NCBI GenBank assembly: GCA_032718475.1
Contig: JAUCBJ010001644.1
Location: 1-44,435 of the forward strand
Length of the DNA stretch: 44,435 bases
DNA from: Nemertoderma westbladi
Lineage: Eukaryota; Animalia; Xenacoelomorpha
Reading direction: 5' to 3'
The notes beneath the pieces are model-generated. The model worked only from the letters and a program-made list of their open reading frames with translations. It ran no database searches and was not told the DNA's origin. Below are positions 10,401 through 23,636 of the stretch, piece after piece. The translations under genes were made by a program, and so were the position numbers. Position 1 is the stretch's first letter, and each line of letters begins with the position of its first letter.

Positions 10401-13400
10401 TCCGTGGAGAGAGTGGAGAATCACGCAAAACCGTGGAGAGAGTGGAGAATCACGCAAATCCGTGGAGTGAGTGGAGAATCACGCAAATCCGTGGAGTGAG
10501 TGGAGAATCACGCAAATCCGTGAAGAGAGTGGAGAATCACGCAAATCCGTGGAGAGAGTGGAGAATCACGCAAATCCGTGGAGTGAGTGGAGAATCACGC
10601 AAATCCGTGGAGTGAGTGGAGAATCACGCAAATCCGTGAAGAGAGTGGAGAATCACGCAAATCCGTGGAGTGAGTGGAGAATCACGCAAATCCGTGGAGT
10701 GAGTGGAGAATCACGCAAATCCGTGGAGAGAGTGGAGAATCACGCAAAACCGTGGAGAGAGTGGAGAATCACGTAAATCCGTGGAGTGAGTGGAGAATCA
10801 CGCAAATCCGTGGAGAGAGTGGAGAATCACGCAAATCCATGGAGAGAGTGCAGAATCACGCAAATCCGTGGAGAGAGTGGAGAATCACGCAAAACCGTGG
10901 AGAGAGTGGAGAATCACGCAAATCCGTGGAGAGAGTGGAGAATCACGCAAATCCGTGGAGAGAGTGGAGAATCACGCAAATCCATGGAGAGAGTGCAGAA
11001 TCACGCAAATCCGTGGAGAGAGTGGAGAATCACGCAAATCCGTGGAGAGAGTGGAGAATCACGCAAATCCGTGGAGAGAGTGGAGAATCACGCAAATGGG
11101 TGGAGAGAGTGGATAATTACGCAAATCCGTGGAGAGAGTGGAGAATCACGCAAAACCGTGGAGAGAGTGGAGAATCACGCAAATCCGTGGAGAGAGTGGA
11201 GAATCACGCAAATCCGTGGAGTGAGTGGAGAATCACGCAAATCCATGGAGAGAGTGGAGAATCACGCAAATCCGTGGAGTGGGTGGAGAATCACGCAAAT
11301 CCGTGGAGAGAGTGGAGAATCACGCAAATCCGTGGAGAGAGTGGAGAATCACGCAAATCCGTGGAGAGAGTGGAGAATCACGCAAATCCATGGAGAGAGT
11401 GCAGAATCACGCAAATCCGTGGAGAGAGTGGAGAATCACGCAAAACCGTGGAGAGAGTGGAGAATCACGCAAATCCGTGGAGAGAGTGGAGAATCACGCA
11501 AATCCGTGGAGAGAGTGGAGAATCACGCAAATGGGTGGAGAGAGTGGATAATTACGCAAATCCGTGGAGAGAGTGGAGAATCACGCAAATCCGTGGAGAG
11601 AGTGGAGAATCACGCAAATCCGTGGAGAGAGTGGAGAATCACGCAAAACCGTGGAGAGAGTGGAGAATCACGCAAATCCGTGGAGTGAGTGGAGAATCAC
11701 GCAAATCCATGGAGAGAGTGGAGAATCACGCAAATCCGTGGAGTGAGTGGAGAATCACGCAAATCCGTGGAGAGAGTGGAGAATCACGCAAATCCGTGGA
11801 GAGAGTGGAGAATCACGCAAATCCATGGAGAGAGTGCAGAATCACGCAAATCCGTGGAGAGAGTGGAGAATCACGCAAAACCGTGGAGAGAGTGGAGAAT
11901 CACGCAAATCCGTGGAGAGAGTGGAGAATCACGCAAATCCGTGGAGAGAGTGGAGAATCACGCAAATCCATGGAGAGAGTGCAGAATCACGCAAATCCGT
12001 GGAGAGAGTGGAGAATCACGCAAAACCGTGGAGAGAGTGGAGAATCACGCAAATCCGTGGAGAGAGTGGAGAATCACGCAAATCCGTGGAGAGAGTGGAG
12101 AATCACGCAAATGGGTGGAGAGAGTGGATAATTACGCAAATCCGTGGAGAGAGTGGAGAATCACGCAAATCCGTGGAGAGAGTGGAGAATCACGCAAATC
12201 CGTGGAGAGAGTGGAGAATCACGCAAAACCGTGGAGAGAGTGGAGAATCACGCAAATCCGTGGAGTGAGTGGAGAATCACGCAAATCCATGGAGAGAGTG
12301 GAGAATCACGCAAATCCGTGGAGTGAGTGGAGAATCACGCAAATCCGTGGAGAGAGTGGAGAATCACGCAAATCCGTGGAGAGAGTGGAGAATCACGCAA
12401 ATCCATGGAGAGAGTGCAGAATCACGCAAATCCGTGGAGAGAGTGGGGAATCACGCAAAACCGTGGAGAGAGTGGAGAATCACGCAAATCCGTGGAGAGA
12501 GTGGAGAATCACGCAAATCCGTGGAGAGAGTGGAGAATCACGCAAATGGGTGGAGAGAGTGGATAATTACGCAAATCCGTGGAGAGAGTGGAGAATCACG
12601 CAAATCCGTGGAGAGAGTGGAGAATCACTCAAAACCGTGGAGAGAGTGGAGAATCACGCAAATCCGTGGAGTGAGTGGAGAATCACGTAAATCCGTGGAG
12701 AGAGTGGAGAATCACGCAAATCCGTGGAGAGAGTAGAGAATCACGCAAATCCGTGGAGTGAGTGGAGAATCACGTAAATCCGTGGAGAGAGTGGAGAATC
12801 ACGCAAATCCGTGGAGAGAGTGGAGAATCACGCAAATCCGTGGAGAGAGTGGAGAATCACGCAAAACCGTGGAGAGAGTGGAGAATCACGCAAATCCGTG
12901 GAGTGAGTGGAGAATCACGTAAATCCGTGGAGAGAGTGGAGAATCACGCAAATCCGTGGAGAGAATGGAGAATCACGCAAATCCATGGAGAGAGTGCAGA
13001 ATCACGCAAATCCGTGGAGAGAGTGGAGAATCACGCAAAACCGTGGAGAGAGTGGAGAATCACGCAAATCCGTGGAGTGAGTGGAGAATCACGCAAATCC
13101 GTGGAGTGAGTGGAGAATCACGCAAATCCGTGGAGAGAGTGGAGAATCACGCAAAACCGTGGAGAGAGTGGAGAATCACGCAAATCCGTGGAGTGAGTGG
13201 AGAATCACGCAAATCCGTGGAGTGAGTGGAGAATCACGCAAATCCGTGGAGAGAGTGGAGAATCACGCAAATCCGTGGAGTGAGTGGAGAATCACGCAAA
13301 TCCGTGGAGTGAGTGGAGAATCACGCAAATCCGTGGAGAGAGTGGAGAATCACGCAAAACCGTGGAGAGAGTGGAGAATCACGCAAATACGTGGAGTGAG

Positions 13401-16400
13401 TGGAGAATCACGTAAATCCGTGGAGTGAGTGGATAATCACGCAAATCCGTGGAGAGAGTGGAGAATCACGCAAATCCGTGGAGTGAGTGGAGAATCACGC
13501 AAATCCGTGGAGTGAGTGGAGAATCACGCAAATCCGTGGAGAGAGTGGAGAATCACGCAAAACCGTGGAGAGAGTGGAGAATCACGCAAATCCGTGGAGT
13601 GAGTGGAGAATCACGCAAATCCGTGGAGTGTGTGGAGAATCACGCAAATCCGTGGAGAGAGTGGAGAATCACGCAAAACCATGGAGAGAGTGGAGAATCA
13701 CGCAAATCCGTGGAGTGAGTGGAGAATCACGTAAATCCGTGGAGTGAGTGGAGAATCACGCAAATCCGTGGAGAGAGTGGAGAATCACGCAAATCCGTGG
13801 AGTGAGTGGAGAATCACGCAAATCCGTGGAGAGAGTGGAGAATCACGCAAAACCGTGGAGAGAGTGGAGAATCACGCAAATCCGTGGAGAGAGTGGAGAA
13901 TCACGCAAAACCGTGGAGAGAGTGGAGAATCACGCAAATCCGTGGAGTGAGTGGAGAATCACGCAAATCCATGGAGAGAGTGGAGAATCACGCAAATCCG
14001 TGGAGTGAGTGGAGAATCACGCAAATCCGTGGATAGAGTGGAGAATCACGCAAATCCGTGGAGAGAGTGGAGAATCACGCAAATCCATGGAGAGAGTGCA
14101 GAATCACGCAAATCCGTGGAGAGAGTGGAGAATCACGCAAAACCGTGGAGAGAGTGGAGAATCACGCAAATCCGTGGAGAATCACGCAAATCCGTGGAGA
14201 GAGTGGAGAATCACGCAAATGGGTGGAGAGAGTGGATAATTACGCAAATCCGTGGAGAGAGTGGAGAATCACGCAAATCCGTGGAGAGAGTGGAGAATCA
14301 CGCAAAACCGTGGAGAGAGTGGAGAATCACGCAAATCCGTGGAGTGAGTGGAGAATCACGTAAATCCGTGGAGAGAGTGGAGAATCACGCAAATCCGTGG
14401 AGAGAGTAGAGAATCACGCAAATCCGTGGAGTGAGTGGAGAATCACGTAAATCCGTGGAGTGAGTGGAGAATCACGCAAATCCGTGGAGAGAGTGGAGAA
14501 TCACGCAAATCCGTGGAGAGAGTGGAGAATCACGCAAAACCGTGGAGAGAGTGGAGAATCACGCAAATCCGTGGAGTGAGTGGAGAATCACGCAAATCCG
14601 TGGAGTGAGTGGAGAATCACGCAAATCCGTGGAGAGAGTGGAGAATCACGCAAAACCGTGGAGTGAGTGGAGAATCACGTAAATCCGTGGAGAGAGTGGA
14701 GAATTGCGCAAATCCATGGAGAGAGTGGAGAATCACGCAAAACCGTGGAGAGAGTGGAGAATCACGCAAATCCATGGAGAGAGTGGAGAATCACGCAAAT
14801 CCGTGGAGTGAGTGGAGAATCACGCAAATCCGTGGAGAGAGTGGAGAATCACGCAAATCCGTGGAGAGAGTGGATAATCACGCAAATCCGTGGAGTGAGT
14901 GGAGAATCACGCAAATCCGTGGAGAGAGTGGAGAATCACGTAAACCCGTGGAGAGAGTGGAGAATCACGCAAATCCGTGGAGAGAGTGGAGAATCACGCA
15001 AATCCGTGGAGAGAGTAGAGAATCACGCAAATCCGTGGAGTGAGTGGAGAATCACGTAAATCCGTGGAGTGAGTGGAGAATCACGCAAATCCGTGGAGAG
15101 AGTGGAGAATCACGCAAATCCGTGGAGAGAGTGGAGAATCACGCAAAACCGTGGAGAGAGTGGAGAATCACGCAAATCCGTGGAGTGAGTGGAGAATCAC
15201 GCAAATCCGTGGAGTGAGTGGAGAATCACGCAAATCCGTGGAGAGAGTGGAGAATCACGCAAAACCGTGGAGTGAGTGGAGAATCACGTAAATCCGTGGA
15301 GAGAGTGGAGAATTGCGCAAATCCATGGAGAGAGTGGAGAATCACGCAAAACCGTGGAGAGAGTGGAGAATCACGCAAATCCATGGAGAGAGTGGAGAAT
15401 CACGCAAATCCGTGGAGTGAGTGGAGAATCACGCAAATCCGTGGAGAGAGTGGAGAATCACGCAAATCCGTGGAGAGAGTGGATAATCACGCAAATCCGT
15501 GGAGTGAGTGGAGAATCACGCAAATCCGTGGAGAGAGTGGAGAATCACGTAAACCCGTGGAGAGAGTGGAGAATCACGCAAATCCGTGGAGTGAGTGGAG
15601 AATCACGCAAATCCGTGGAGAGAGTGGAGAATCACGTAAACCCGTGGAGAGAGTGGAGAATCACGCAAATCCGTGGAGAGAGTGGAGAATCACGCAAAAC
15701 CGTGGAGAGAGTGGAGAATCACGCAAATCCATGGAGAGAGTGGAGAATCACGCAAATACGTGGAGTGAGTGGAGAATCACGCAAATCCGTGGAGAGAGTG
15801 GAGAATCACGCAAATCCGTGGAGAGAGTGGATAATCACGCAAATCCGTGGAGTGAGTGGAGAATCACGCAAATCCGTGGAGAGAGTGGATAATCACGTAA
15901 ATGGGTGGAGAGAGTGGAGAATCACGCAAATCCGTGGAGTGAGTGGAGAATCACGCAAATCCGTGGAGTGAGTGGAGAATCACGCAAATCCGTGGAGAGA
16001 GTGGAGAATCACGCAAATCCGTGGAGTGAGTGGAGAATCACGCAAATCCGTGGAGTGAGTGGAGAATCACGCAAATCCGTGGAGAGAGTGGAGAATCACG
16101 CAAAACCGTGGAGAGAGTGGAGAATCACGCAAATCCGTGGAGTGAGTGGAGAATCACGTAAATCCGTGGAGTGAGTGGAGAATCACGCAAATCCGTGGAG
16201 AGAGTGGAGAATCACGCAAATCCGTGGAGTGAGTGGAGAATCACGCAAATCCGTGGAGTGAGTGGAGAATCACGCAAATCCGTGGAGAGAGTGGAGAATC
16301 ACGCAAAACCGTGGAGAGAGTGGAGAATCACGCAAATCCGTGGAGTGAGTGGAGAATCACGCAAATCCGTGGAGAGAGTGGAGAATCACGCAAAACCGTG

Positions 16401-19400
16401 GAGAGAGTGGAGAATCACGCAAATCCGTGGAGTGAGTGGAGAATCACGTAAATCCGTGAAGTGAGTGGAGAATCACGCAAATCCATGGAGAGAGTGCAGA
16501 ATCACGCAAATCCGTGGAGAGAGTGGAGAATCACGCAAATCCGTGGAGAATCACGCAAAACCGTGGAGAGAGTGGAGAATCACGCAAATCCGTGGAGTGA
16601 GTGGAGAATCACGCAAATCCGTGGAGAGAGTGGAGAATCACGCAAATCCGGGAAGAGAGTGGAGAATCACGCAAATCCGTGGAGTGAGTGGAGAATCACG
16701 CAAATCCGTGGAGTGAGTGGAGAATCACGCAAATCCGTGGAGAGAGTGGAGAATCACGCAAATCCGTGGAGAGAGTGGAGAATCACGCAAATCCGTGGAG
16801 AGAGTGGAGAATCACGCAAAACCGTGGAGAGAGTGGAGAATCACGCAAATCCGTGGAGAGAGTGGAGAATCACGCAAATCCGGGAAGAGAGTGGAGAATC
16901 ACGCAAATCCGTGGAGTGAGTGGAGAATCACGCAAATCCGTGGAGAGAGTGGAAAATCACGCAAATCCGTGGAGTGAGTGGAGAATCACGCAAATCCGTG
17001 GAGAGAGTGGAGAATCACGCAAATCCGTGGAGAGAGTGGAGAATCACGCAAATCCGTGGAGAGAGTGGAGAATCACGCAAATCCGTGGAGTGAGTGGAGA
17101 ATCACGCAAATCCGTGGAGAGAGTGGAGAATCACGCAAATCCGTGGAGAGAGTGGAGAATCACGCAAATCCGTGGAGAGAGTGGAGAATCACGTAAAACC
17201 GTGGAGAGAGTGGAGAATCACGCAAATCCGTGGAGAGAGTGGAGAATCACGCAAATCCGTGGAGAGAGTAGAGAATCACGCAAATCCGTGGAGAGAGTTG
17301 AGAATCACGCAAATCCGTGGAGAGAGTGGATAATTATGAAAATGGGTGGAGAGAGTGGAGAATCACGCAAATGGGTGGAGAGAGTGGAGAATCACGCAAA
17401 TCCGTGGAGAGAGTGGAGAATCACGCAAATCCGTGGAGAGAGTGGAGAATCACGCAAATCCGTGGAGTGAGTGGAGAATCACGCAAATCCGTGGAGAGAG
17501 TGGAGAATCACGCAAATCCGTGGAGAGAGTGGAGAATCACGCAAATCCGTGGAGAGAGTGGAGAATCACGTAAAACCGTGGAGAGAGTGGAGAATCACGC
17601 AAATCCGTGGAGAGAGTAGAGAATCACGCAAATCCGTGGAGAGAGTTGAGAATCACGCAAATCCGTGGAGAGAGTTGAGAATCACGCAAATCCGTGGAGA
17701 GAGTGGATAATTATGAAAATGGGTGGAGAGAGTGGAGAATCACGCAAATGGGTGGAGAGAGTGGAGAATCACGCAAATCCGTGGAGAGAGTGGAGAATCA
17801 CGCAAATCCGTGGAGAGAGTGGAGAATCACGCAAATCCGTGGAGAGAGTGGAGAATCACGTAAAACCGTGGAGAGAGTGGAGAATCACGCAAATCCGTGG
17901 AGAGAGTGGAGAATCACGCAAATCCGTGGAGAGAGTGGAGAATCACGCAAATCCGTGGAGAGAGTGGAGAATCACGCAAATCCGTGGAGAGAGTGGAGAA
18001 TCACGTAAAACCGTGGAGAGAGTGGAGAATCACGCAAATCCGTGGAGAGAGTGGAGAATCACGCAAATCCGTGGAGAGAGTAGAGAATCACGCAAATCCG
18101 TGGAGAGAGTTGAGAATCACGCAAATCCGTGGAGAGAGTGGATAATTATGAAAATGGGTGGAGAGAGTGGAGAATCACGCAAATGGGTGGAGAGAGTGGA
18201 GAATCATGCAAATACGTGGAGAGAGTGGAGAATCGCGCAAATGGGTGGAGAGAGTGGAGAATCATGTAAATCCGTGGAGAGAGTGGAGAATCACGTAAAA
18301 CCGTGGAGAGAGTGGAGAATCACGCAAATCCGTGGAGTGAGTGGAGAATCACGCAAATCCGTGGAGAGAGTTGAGAATCACGCAAATCCGTGGAGAGAGT
18401 GGATAATTATGAAAATGGGTGGAGAGAGTGGAGAATCACGCAAATGGGTGGAGAATCACACAAATCCGTGGAGAGAGTTGAGAATCACGCAAATCCGTGG
18501 AGAGAGTGGAGAATCACGCAAAACCGTGGAGAGAGTGGAGAATCACGCAAATCCGTGGAGTGAGTGGAGAATCACGCAAATCCGTGGAGAGAGTTGAGAA
18601 TCACGCAAATCCGTGGAGAGAGTGGATAATTATGAAAATGGGTGGAGAGAGTGGAGAATCACGCAAATGGGTGGAGAATCACACAAATCCGTGGAGAGAG
18701 TTGAGAATCACGCAAATCCGTGGAGAGAGTGGAGAATCACGCAAAACCGTGGAGAGAGTGGAGAATCACGCAAATCCGTGGAGTGAGTGGAGAATCACGC
18801 AAATCCGTGGAGTGAGTGGAGAATCACGCAAATCCGTGAAGAGAGTGGAGAATCACGCAAATCCGTGGAGTGAGTGGAGAATCACGCAAATCCGTGGAGT
18901 GAGTGGAGAATCACGCAAATCCGTGGAGAGAGTGGAGAATCACGCAAAACCGTGGAGAGAGTGGAGAATCACGCAAATCCGTGGAGTGAGTGGAGAATCA
19001 CGTAAATCCGTGGAGTGAGTGGAGAATCACGCAAATCCGTGGAGAGAGTGGAGAATCACGCAAATCCGTGGAGTGAGTGGAGAATCACGCAAATCCGTGG
19101 AGTGAGTGGAGAATCACGCAAATCCGTGGAGAGAGTGGAGAATCACGCAAAACCGTGGAGAGAGTGGAGAATCACGCAAATCCGTGGAGTGAGTGGAGAA
19201 TCACGCAAATCCGTGGAGTGAGTGGAGAATCACGCAAATCCATGGAGAGAGTGGAGAATCACGCAAAACCGTGGAGAGAGTGGAGAATCACGCAAATCCG
19301 TGGAGTGAGTGGAGAATCACGTAAATCCGGTGAGTGGAGAATCACGCAAATCCGTGGAGAGAGTGGAGAGAGTGGAGAATCACGCAAATCCGTGGAGAGA

Positions 19401-22400
19401 GTGGAGAATCACGCAAAACCGTGGAGAGAGTGGAGAATCACGCAAATCCGTGGAGTGAGTGGAGAATCACGTAAATCCGTGAAGTGAGTGGAGAATCACG
19501 CAAATCCGTGGAGAGAGTGGAGAATCACGCAAATCCGTGGAGAGAGTGGAGAATCACGCAAATCCGTGGAGAGAGTGGAGAATCACGTAAAACCGTGGAG
19601 AGAGTGGAGAATCACGCAAATCCGTGGAGAGAGTGGAGAATCACGCAAATCCGTGGAGAGAGTAGAGAATCACGCAAATCCGTGGAGAGAGTGGATAATT
19701 ATGAAAATGGGTGGAGAGAGTGGAGAATCACGCAAATGGGTGGAGAGAGTGGAGAATCATGCAAATACGTGGAGAGAGTGGAGAATCGCGCAAATGGGTG
19801 GAGAGAGTGGAGAATCATGTAAATCCGTGGAGAGAGTGGAGAATCACGTAAAACCGTGGAGAGAGTGGAGAATCACGCAAATCCGTGGAGTGAGTGGAGA
19901 ATCACGCAAATCCGTGGAGAGAGTTGAGAATCACGCAAATCCGTGGAGAGAGTGGATAATTATGAAAATGGGTGGAGAGAGTGGAGAATCACGCAAATGG
20001 GTGGAGAATCACACAAATCCGTGGAGAGAGTTGAGAATCACGCAAATCCGTGGAGAGAGTGGAGAATCACGCAAAACCGTGGAGAGAGTGGAGAATCACG
20101 CAAATCCGTGGAGTGAGTGGAGAATCACGCAAATCCGTGGAGTGAGTGGAGAATCACGCAAATCCGTGGAGAGAGTGGAGAATCACGCAAATCCGTGGAG
20201 TGAGTGGAGAATCACGCAAATCCGTGGAGTGAGTGGAGAATCACGCAAATCCGTGGAGAGAGTGGAGAATCACGCAAAACCGTGGAGAGAGTGGAGAATC
20301 ACGCAAATCCGTGGAGTGAGTGGAGAATCACGTAAATCCGTGGAGTGAGTGGAGAATCACGCAAATCCGTGGAGAGAGTGGAGAATCACGCAAATCCGTG
20401 GAGTGAGTGGAGAATCACGCAAATCCGTGGAGTGAGTGGAGAATCACGCAAATCCGTGGAGAGAGTGGAGAATCACGCAAAACCGTGGAGAGAGTGGAGA
20501 ATCACGCAAATCCGTGGAGTGAGTGGAGAATCACGCAAATCCGTGGAGTGAGTGGAGAATCACGCAAATCCGTGGAGAGAGTGGAGAATCACGCAAAACC
20601 GTGGAGAGAGTGGAGAATCACGCAAATCCGTGGAGTGAGTGGAGAATCACGTAAATCCGGTGAGTGGAGAATCACGCAAATCCGTGGAGAGAGTGGAGAA
20701 TCACGCAAATCCGTGGAGAGAGTGGAGAATCACGCAAAACCGTGGAGAGAGTGGAGAATCACGCAAATCCGTGGAGTGAGTGGAGAATCACGCAAATCCG
20801 TGGAGAGAGTGGAGAATCACGCAAATCCGTGGAGAGAGTGGAGAATCACGCAAAACCGTGGAGAGAGTGGAGAATCACGCAAATCCGTGAAGTGAGTGGA
20901 GAATCACGCAAATCCGTGGAGAGAGTGGAGAATCACGCAAATCCGTGGAGAGAGTGGAGAATCACGCAAATCCGTGGAGAGAGTGGAGAATCACGCAAAT
21001 CCGTGGAGAGAGTGGAGAATCACGTAAAACCGTGGAGAGAGTGGAGAATCACGCAAATCCGTGGAGAGAGTGGAGAATCACGCAAATCCGTGGAGAGAGT
21101 AGAGAATCACGCAAATCCGTGGAGAGAGTTGAGAATCACGCAAATCCGTGGAGAGAGTGGATAATTATGAAAATGGGTGGAGAGAGTGGAGAATCACGCA
21201 AATGGGTGGAGAGAGTGGAGAATCACGCAAATCCGTGGAGAGAGTGGAGAATCACGCAAATCCGTGGAGAGAGTGGAGAATCACGCAAATCCGTGGAGTG
21301 AGTGGAGAATCACGCAAATCCGTGGAGAGAGTGGAGAATCACGCAAATCCGTGGAGAGAGTGGAGAATCACGCAAATCCGTGGAGAGAGTGGAGAATCAC
21401 GTAAAACTGTGGAGAGAGTGGAGAATCACGCAAATCCGTGGAGAGAGTGGAGAATCACGCAAATCCGTGGAGAGAGTAGAGAATCACGCAAATCCGTGGA
21501 GAGAGTTGAGAATCGCGCAAATCCGTGGAGAGAGTGGATAATTATGAAAATGGGTGGAGAGAGTGGAGAATCACGCAAATGGGTGGAGAGAGTGGAGAAT
21601 CATGCAAATCCGTGGAGAGAGTGGAGAATCGCGCAAATGGGTGGAGAGAGTGGAGAATCATGTAAATCCGTGGAGAGAGTGGAGAATCACGTAAAACCGT
21701 GGAGAGAGTGGAGAATCACGCAAATCCGTGGAGTGAGTGGAGAATCACGCAAATCCGTGGAGAGAGTTGAGAATCACGCAAATCCGTGGAGAGAGTGGAT
21801 AATTATGAAAATGGGTGGAGAGAGTGGAGAATCACGCAAATGGGTGGAGAATCACACAAATCCGTGGAGAGAGTTGAGAATCACGCAAATCCGTGGAGAG
21901 AGTGGAGAATCACGCAAATCCGTGGAGAGAGTGGAGAATCACGCAAATGGGTGGAGAGAGTGGAGAATCACGCAAAACCGTGGAGAGAGTGGAGAATCAC
22001 GCAAATGGGTGGAGAGAGTTGAGAATCACGCAAATCCGTGGAGAGAGTGGATAATTATGAAAATGGGTGGAGAGAGTGGAGAATCACGCAAATGGGTGGA
22101 GAATCACACAAATCCGTGGAGAGAGTTGAGAATCACGCAAATCCGTGGAGAGAGTAGAGAATCACGCAAATCCGTGGAGAGAGTGGATAATTATGAAAAT
22201 GGGTGGAGAGAGTGGAGAATCACGCAAATCCCTGGAGAGAGTGGAGAATCACACAAATCCGTGGAGAGAGTTGAGAATCACGCAAATCCGTGGAGAGAGT
22301 GGATAATTATGAAAATGGGTGGAGAGAGTGGAGAACACGCAAATGGGTGGAGAGAGTGAAGAATCACGCAAATCCGTGGAGAGAGTGGAGAATCACGCAA

Positions 22401-23489
22401 ATGGGTGGAGAGAGTGAAGAATCACGCAAATCCGTGGAGAGAGTGGAGAATCACGCAAATCCGTGGAGAGAGTAGAGAATCACGCAAATCCGTGGAGAGA
22501 GTGGAGAATCACGCAAATCCGTGGAGAGAGTGGAGAATCAAGCAAATCCGTGGAGAATCACGCAAATCCCTGGAGAGAGTTGAGAATCACGCAAACCGTG
22601 GAGAGAGTGGAGAATCACGCAAATCCCTGGAGAGAGTTGAGAATCATGCAAATCCGTGGAGAGAGTGGAGAATCACGTAAATCCGTGGAGAGAGTGGAGA
22701 ATCACGCAAATCCGTGGAGAGAGTGGAGAATCACGCAAATCCGTGGAGAGAGTGGAGAATCACGCAAATCCGTGGAGAGAGTGGAGAATCACGCAAATCT
22801 GTGGAGAGAGTGGAGAATCACGCAAATCCGTGGAGAGAGTGGAGAATCACGCAAATCCGTGGAGAGAGTGGAGAATCACGCAAATCCGTGGAGAGAGTGG
22901 AGAATCACGCAAATCCGTGGAGAGAGTGGAGAATCACGCAAATCCGTGGAGAGAGTGGAGAATCACGCTAATCCGTGGAGAGAGTGGAGAATCACGTAAA
23001 TCCGTGGAGAGAGTGGAGAATCACGCAAATCCGTGGAGAGAGTGGAGAATCACGCTAATCCGTGGAGAGAGTGGAGAATCACGTAAATCCGTGGAGAGAG
23101 TGGAGAATCACGCAAATCCGTGGAGAGAGTGGAGAATCACGCAAATCCGTGGAGAGAGTGGAGAATCACGCTAATCCGTGGAGAGAGTGGAGAATCACGT
23201 AAATCCGTGGAGAGAGTGGAGAATCACGTAAATGGGTGGAGAGAGTGGAGAATCACGCAAATCCGTGGAGTGAGTGGAGAATCACGCAAATCCGTGGAGA
23301 GAGTGGAGAATCACGCAAATCCATGGAGAGAGTGGAGAATCATGCAAATCCGTGGAGAGAGTGGAGAATCACGCAAATCCGTGGAGAGAGTGGAGAATCA
23401 CGCAAATGGGTGGAGAGAGTGGAGAATCACGTAAATCCGTGGAGAGAGTGGAGAATCACGCAAATGGGTGGAGAGAATGGAGAATCACG
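7479..23489 (+). repeat. Satellite array, 29-bp monomer GAGAGAGTGGAGAATCACGCAAATCCGTG, about 550 copies (~16 kb), intronic
   Basis: Continuous head-to-tail tandem units with recurrent point variants and no spacers; lies between TMC exons 23637 and 6981. Confidence 0.98.
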
Positions 23490-23636
23490 ACAAATTAAAG
23501 CTGTTAGGTAACAGGTAGTAAGTAGAGTAATATCACAGGTTATAGTTTCAGTTTTTTTACTCCAGTTATCGCCGGTTGAATCACCGGTTGAATCGCCGGT
23601 TATTAGCATCGAAGCCTCACCCCTCCCCCTACCTAC

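Noticed and set aside
7479-23489. CRISPR array (29-bp repeat with internal palindrome)
   Set aside because: Units are contiguous with no unique spacers, there are no cas genes, and the context is a spliceosomal intron.
7479-23511. Dozens of ENHANPWREWRITQ... ORFs as real protein genes
   Set aside because: They arise from a stop-free 29-bp repeat, appear in all three frames, and are broken by common stop-creating variants.
23568-23602. 12-bp tandem ATCRCCGGTTGA x3, and AACGGAT repeats at 38075-38130
   Set aside because: Too short and without context to assign any function.
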